The position numbers and the translations under genes are program-made. 44,019 nt of DNA from an uncultured delta proteobacterium (lineage in GTDB: Bacteria; Myxococcota; Myxococcia; Myxococcales; Anaeromyxobacteraceae), in contig CAVYBH010000018.1 in the NCBI GenBank assembly GCA_963766715.1, positions 1-44,019 on the forward strand, in the 5' to 3' direction. Below the pieces are notes generated by a model that worked only from the letters and a program-made list of their open reading frames with translations, ran no database searches and was not told where the DNA came from. How positions within the stretch are numbered: position 1 is the stretch's first letter; each line of letters opens with the position of its first letter. This document shows, piece by piece, positions 41,571 to 44,019 of the stretch.

Positions 41571-43908
41571 TCAGTCCACCGGCAGGTCCATCTTGCGCAG
41601 GAACGGCTTCCAGCGCGGGTCGGAGTGGAGGGAGTTGAGGAGCGGCGAGTTCCGGAAGTAGCCCACGCCGGCGCCGTGCGGCCGGCCGATTGCCAGGCCC
41701 TGATCCAGCCACCGGAACGCGTCGTCCGTGCGCCCGAACCAGGCCGCCACTTCCGCCGCACGCCACGGATACTTCTTGCCGAATCGCTCCACGTAGTCGT
41801 CTGCCGCCCCACCGGCTGCCGGACCCTGCCCAGGCGAGCGCGAAGCCAGGGCCATCAGGTAGAGCCGTCTGCCCTCGTCCTCGTCGGCCCTTGCCAGCTC
41901 CACGACCTTGCCAGCCTGGTCTCGCAGCAGCAGTGCCTGCGCAAGGAGTGTCGTGGACCATTCGTTCCTCGGCGCAATCTCGATCGCGCGTCGAGCGGAG
42001 TCCTCTGCCCCGCCAGCGTCTCCCGCGGCGAGCTTTGCCGCCGCCAGCTCCGCGAGCCGAATGACCGAGAGTGGATCGAGGTCGACGGCCTGCCGGGATA
42101 CGCGTAGCGCCTCGGGCACCTGGCCAATCGCGCCGTGCAGGAGCCCCATCCGTGCGACGGTCAGTGAATCCGACGGGTTGAGCTGGAGGGCCCTCTCGAG
42201 GTCGGATTCTGGCACCGACCCAGTCGTAGTCGAGCATCATTCGCAGGAAGCCCCGGGCGGAGTACCCGTCCCCGGCATCCGGGGCGAGTTCGATGGCTCG
42301 GGCCGCTGCGTGGCGAACCTCCTGGTACGCCACATCTCTCGTCAGGGAGTCCCGCTCGCGATTGGCGACCCCGGCCCCGATCGTTGCGAGTCGAGCCCAC
42401 GCCTTGGCGAAGCCTGGATCCAGCGCCACGGCTCTCTCCAGCGCCCGGCGCGCGCGCTCCATGTCGGCGAATCCGGCCTGAGTCCTCATGATCTGCATGG
42501 CGAGCAGGTACTGGTGGTACGCCTCTGGGACGACCGATTCCGGCTTCGCGCCGGGGCGGAGCCTGGAGCGCAGGGCCCCTGCCACCTCGACTGCGATCTC
42601 CTCCTGCAGGGCGAGTATGGCGCCCAGCTCGCGGTCGTAGCTTTGCGACCACACCCGGGTCCCGTCAGCGGCATTCACGAGGCGGGCCGAGACGCGGATG
42701 CGGCTTCCTTCCCTTCGGATGCTCCCCTCCAGGAGGGAATTCACGCCCAGGCGCCGCCCTACCTCGGATGGCTCGATGTCCTTCCCCTTGAAGTGGAAGG
42801 ACGACGACCGACCGACGACCTTGAGCCCCTCGACACCGGTCAGCGCGTTCAGGATTTCCTCGGCGATGCCGTCGGACAGGTACTCCTGGTCTTTCTGCGG
42901 ACTCATGTCCGTGAACGGGAGCACGGCGATGGACGGTTTGCCGTCCGCCTCTGTAACCGGCCGCGACACACGGTGGACTGCGCCACCGACGACCACACCA
43001 CCGAGGACTACGCCAAGACCTGCAAGCAGCACGATGCGACGCATTCGTGCTGGCCGCTCGCCCGCATGCCTCGCCGTCTGGAGAAGGTCCAGCCACGCTT
43101 GCCCGTCCCTTGGGCGGGCTGCCAGGTCGGTCGAAGTAGCGAGAGCGATGGCTCGGTCCAGCCGTCGCGGGCGTCGCCCCCCCAGCATCTCGCCCATCAC
43201 TCGGCCAGCGGCGTACACATCGGCCCGCTGGTCCACCTCGCCACCCCGGGCCTGCTCGGGTGCCATGTACGCCGGTGTCCCCGCACCGCTCACGCCCTCG
43301 GTGCCCAGCAGATGCGCGAGCCCGAAGTCGAGGAGCTTCACGCGACCGTCGTCGCAGAGGAAGACATTGGCGGGCTTCAGGTCCCGGTGCAGCACGCCAC
43401 GCTGGTGCGCGTGGGCGAGCCCCTTCGCCATCTCCTCTGCGATGCGCAACGCCTCCGCCACTGGGACCGGCCCCTCGGCCAGCCGCTGAGAGAGCGTTCG
43501 TCCCTCGAGAAGCTCCATGACGAGGTACGGACCGCTCGCGCAGTTGCACACATCGAACAGGGTGACGATGCTGGGATGGCCGAGCTTGGCCACGGCCTCA
43601 GCTTCCTTTTTGATCCAGCCTGCAGAGAACTCTTGCCGGGCCCGGCCTGGACGCAGTGTCTTGATGGCAACACGTCGCCCGAGTTCACGGTCGAACGCCT
43701 CATAGACCGCTCCGAACCCTCCCCTCCCAACCTCCTGGCGGATCTCGAAGCGATCCAGGCGGTCGCCGGGCTGGAGGCCAGCCTTCCATGCATCGAGGAT
43801 GTCTGAACCCGGCGCGTCGGCCAGTTCCTGGAGGAGTCGGGAGAGCGGACCGGGCTCACCGGCGCTCAACTCGACGGCGCTGTCGCGCTGCTCCTCGGTC
43901 CCCGCCAA
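41571..43908 (-). CDS. Membrane Hanks-type Ser/Thr protein kinase with TolB-like and TPR domains
   Basis: GRGGFGAVY, VAIK, HRDLKPAN, DFGLA, GTPAYMAPE; TM; SIAVLPFTDMSPQKDQEYLSDGIAEEILNAL; TPRs; indel near 42212. Confidence 0.88.
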
Positions 43909-44019
43909 GGCCAGCCCCCAGGGGTAGTCCCCGGAGGCTAGCAGGGGGCCACCGAGGGTGTCATCCGGGGCTACTTCTCCTGCCCATGACGGAGGATTTC
44001 GAACGTCTGAACCGCAGAG

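Overview
Very GC-rich chromosomal window, most likely from an Anaeromyxobacter-like member of Myxococcota. The inference rests on a CarD with a histone-H1-like tail plus CarG, bacterial topoisomerase VI, and Geobacter-type CxxxxCH/CxxCH cytochromes. About 30 single-base indels, mostly +1, split many genes and fuse others in the ORF track. They look like long-read consensus errors, so genes were rebuilt by hand across frames. Contents in order: (1) 0.4-12.1 kb, three tandem lipoprotein multiheme c-type cytochromes built from a ~171-aa five-heme module (about 56, 22 and 27 heme-type motifs), then a diheme cytochrome c peroxidase. (2) Small membrane proteins, a PolB-like exonuclease, an uncalled 43-aa K/R-rich protein, top6A/top6B and htpX. 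(3) A peroxiredoxin with an in-frame UGA at the catalytic site and a SECIS-like hairpin (selenoprotein), ygfZ, a DMT transporter, queG and an orphan DpnA-like DNA methyltransferase. (4) A B12-binding regulator with CarH-type motifs, divergent from a furan/cyclopropane fatty-acid-type operon that runs into carD-carG and two GT-C glycosyltransferases. (5) tmRNA and a Ser/Thr kinase-TolB-TPR gene. The strongest candidates for undescribed biology are the ~2000-aa, ~56-heme tandem-module cytochrome cluster and the B12-photoreceptor/lipid-modification/carDG locus. All family calls come from motif recognition by eye; no searches were run.
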